Shown here: positions 33,161 to 34,021 of the stretch, piece by piece
Layout: the number at the start of each line of letters is the position of its first letter
Numbering within the stretch: the first letter of the stretch is position 1
Origin: an uncultured Lentisphaera sp.
Lineage (GTDB): Bacteria > Verrucomicrobiota > Lentisphaeria > Victivallales > GWF2-50-93
Reading direction: 5' to 3'
DNA length: 34,021 nt
Assembly: GCA_964638335.1 (NCBI GenBank)
Contig: CAZXAC010000001.1
Coordinates: forward strand, 1 to 34,021
The notes under the pieces: generated by a model
Told to the model about the DNA's origin: nothing
Seen by the model: the letters and a program-made list of their open reading frames with translations, nothing else
Databases searched by the model: none
Translations under genes and position numbers: made by a program

Positions 33161-34021
33161 TTAGTCCAGATCCAGACCGGATCTGGAGATGTCACGCAAC
33201 ATCTTCTTCGACACGGGTGACGAAGGGTGTAATCCATTCATGCGATTAGTGCCCTTCTTGCCAGGAGTAAGACGTCTCAAGTTGATGGCTGATTCCGGGA
33301 AAGAGGATGCCATTTTAGTGAGATCGTCCCATTTCCCTAGAATTGTCTTTTCGAGTTCCTTGTCCTTCAACTTGCTTTCTTCGTATTTTTTCATCAGGGA
33401 TCTTATTTCGACAATTGATTTTGCGAAGCGGAATCCGCAGTTCGTGAATTCAACTCGGGCTGCGTATTTCGGAACTGCCGCAGCAAGTTTCTGCGCTTCG
33501 GCCAGATGCCCTTCAGCTTTTGCAATCACCTCGGCGTTGAAATACTGATCTACGTTGATGACCCGGAATCTCGATTCGACGCTGTCCACTAGGCGCTGGC
33601 GTGTATCTTCCATTAGCTTCCAGTATTTTTTCATTTCCGGGGCAGCAGGTCCGTAGCAACGAGCGAAATAGTCCTCAAGGATGGCATTTCCGTCGGCCTT
33701 TGGATCCCAGGCAAGCTGGGCTATCAGATAATAATACGGGGCGAGTGGCGCCCAGTGCTCAAACAAAGTATCGAAGAAGATGGCGGAGGCTCCGCGGTCG
33801 GCTACGAAACGAAAATCCTCCATCGCCTGCTTGAAAGGAACATCCGGCAATGCCCATTGCAATCCTGCTTGGTTGCCGAGGTTGGGGCGCCAAGCGATAT
33901 TCTTGGATATGCCAGCCCAGTCGGCAAACTCCTTCATGCCTTCTTTCCTATCTTTCGGATGGCGCATGTGAAAGTTGGTAACACTTATGATCATGACGTT
34001 GTCCCTAGGTCGCGTTTGCAC
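33161..34021 (-). CDS. DUF4838-like protein, C-terminal ~286 codons only (N-terminus beyond the window end); paralog of 25007-27112
   Basis: WRPNLGNQAGLQW ... YYYLIAQLAWDPKADGNAILEDYFARCYGPAAPEMKKYW aligns with WRPNTGDPAHW ... QYYLMAQLAWNPDQQIDEIMDDYYKSGFGPAAEEIRHYW at residues ~440-545 of the 701-aa protein. The reading frame is open to the window edge, so the track's 'M' at 34021 is an internal GTG. Confidence 0.6.
   Translation of the reverse strand: MQTRPRDNVMIISVTNFHMRHPKDRKEGMKEFADWAGISKNIAWRPNLGNQAGLQWALPDVPFKQAMEDFRFVADRGASAIFFDTLFEHWAPLAPYYYLIAQLAWDPKADGNAILEDYFARCYGPAAPEMKKYWKLMEDTRQRLVDSVESRFRVINVDQYFNAEVIAKAEGHLAEAQKLAAAVPKYAARVEFTNCGFRFAKSIVEIRSLMKKYEESKLKDKELEKTILGKWDDLTKMASSFPESAINLRRLTPGKKGTNRMNGLHPSSPVSKKMLRDISRSGLDLD

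Overview
About 34 kb of chromosomal DNA with roughly 30 protein-coding genes. By eye I found no rRNA, tRNA, CRISPR array, transposase or integrase. Hand counts of sampled 60-nt lines give about 40% G+C up to ~30.7 kb and about 50% G+C after that. The gene content suggests a PVC-superphylum organism of the Lentisphaerota/Kiritimatiellota type: a prepilin-type '[22 protein letters not shown]' DUF1559-like protein, Cys-type sulfatases, DUF4838-like proteins and LamG-like secreted proteins. This taxonomic call is an inference and was not searched.

Positions 1-24.8 kb are mostly housekeeping. On the + strand: tpiA(3' end)-secG, cysE, an orphan family-5 solute-binding protein, a BioH-like esterase plus bioC, an ATGA-coupled purE / S41-like / tsaC / pabB-pabC operon, a self-contained 28-aa poly-lysine micro-gene, deoR / SDR / pdxB, gnd, a CsgG-like protein and a CNNM/CBS transporter. 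A GT39-like membrane glycosyltransferase lies on the minus strand within this block. A tightly packed minus-strand operon follows: LysM-YkuD L,D-transpeptidase, accA, ArgA-like GNAT, a 652-aa GGCT-fusion protein and murI, with a FabK/NMO-like gene downstream.

Positions 25-34 kb look like a glycan/sulfatase accessory cluster: two DUF4838-like genes (one truncated by the window edge), two tandem LamG-like paralogs, two convergent leaderless sulfatases and a DUF1559 pseudopilin-like gene.

Candidates for undescribed biology, best first:
1. The GNAT / 652-aa gamma-glutamylcyclotransferase-fold fusion / glutamate racemase module embedded among cell-wall genes.
2. The stand-alone 57%-lysine micro-ORF, which has its own promoter, SD and terminator and a T11 tract in the promoter spacer.
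3. The tandem LamG-like paralogs, whose last 77 nt are 76/77 identical while the rest of the genes has diverged.
4. A structured 280-bp pdxB-gnd spacer whose hairpin is strand-specific.

All family assignments come from reading motifs in the supplied translations. No database search was run.
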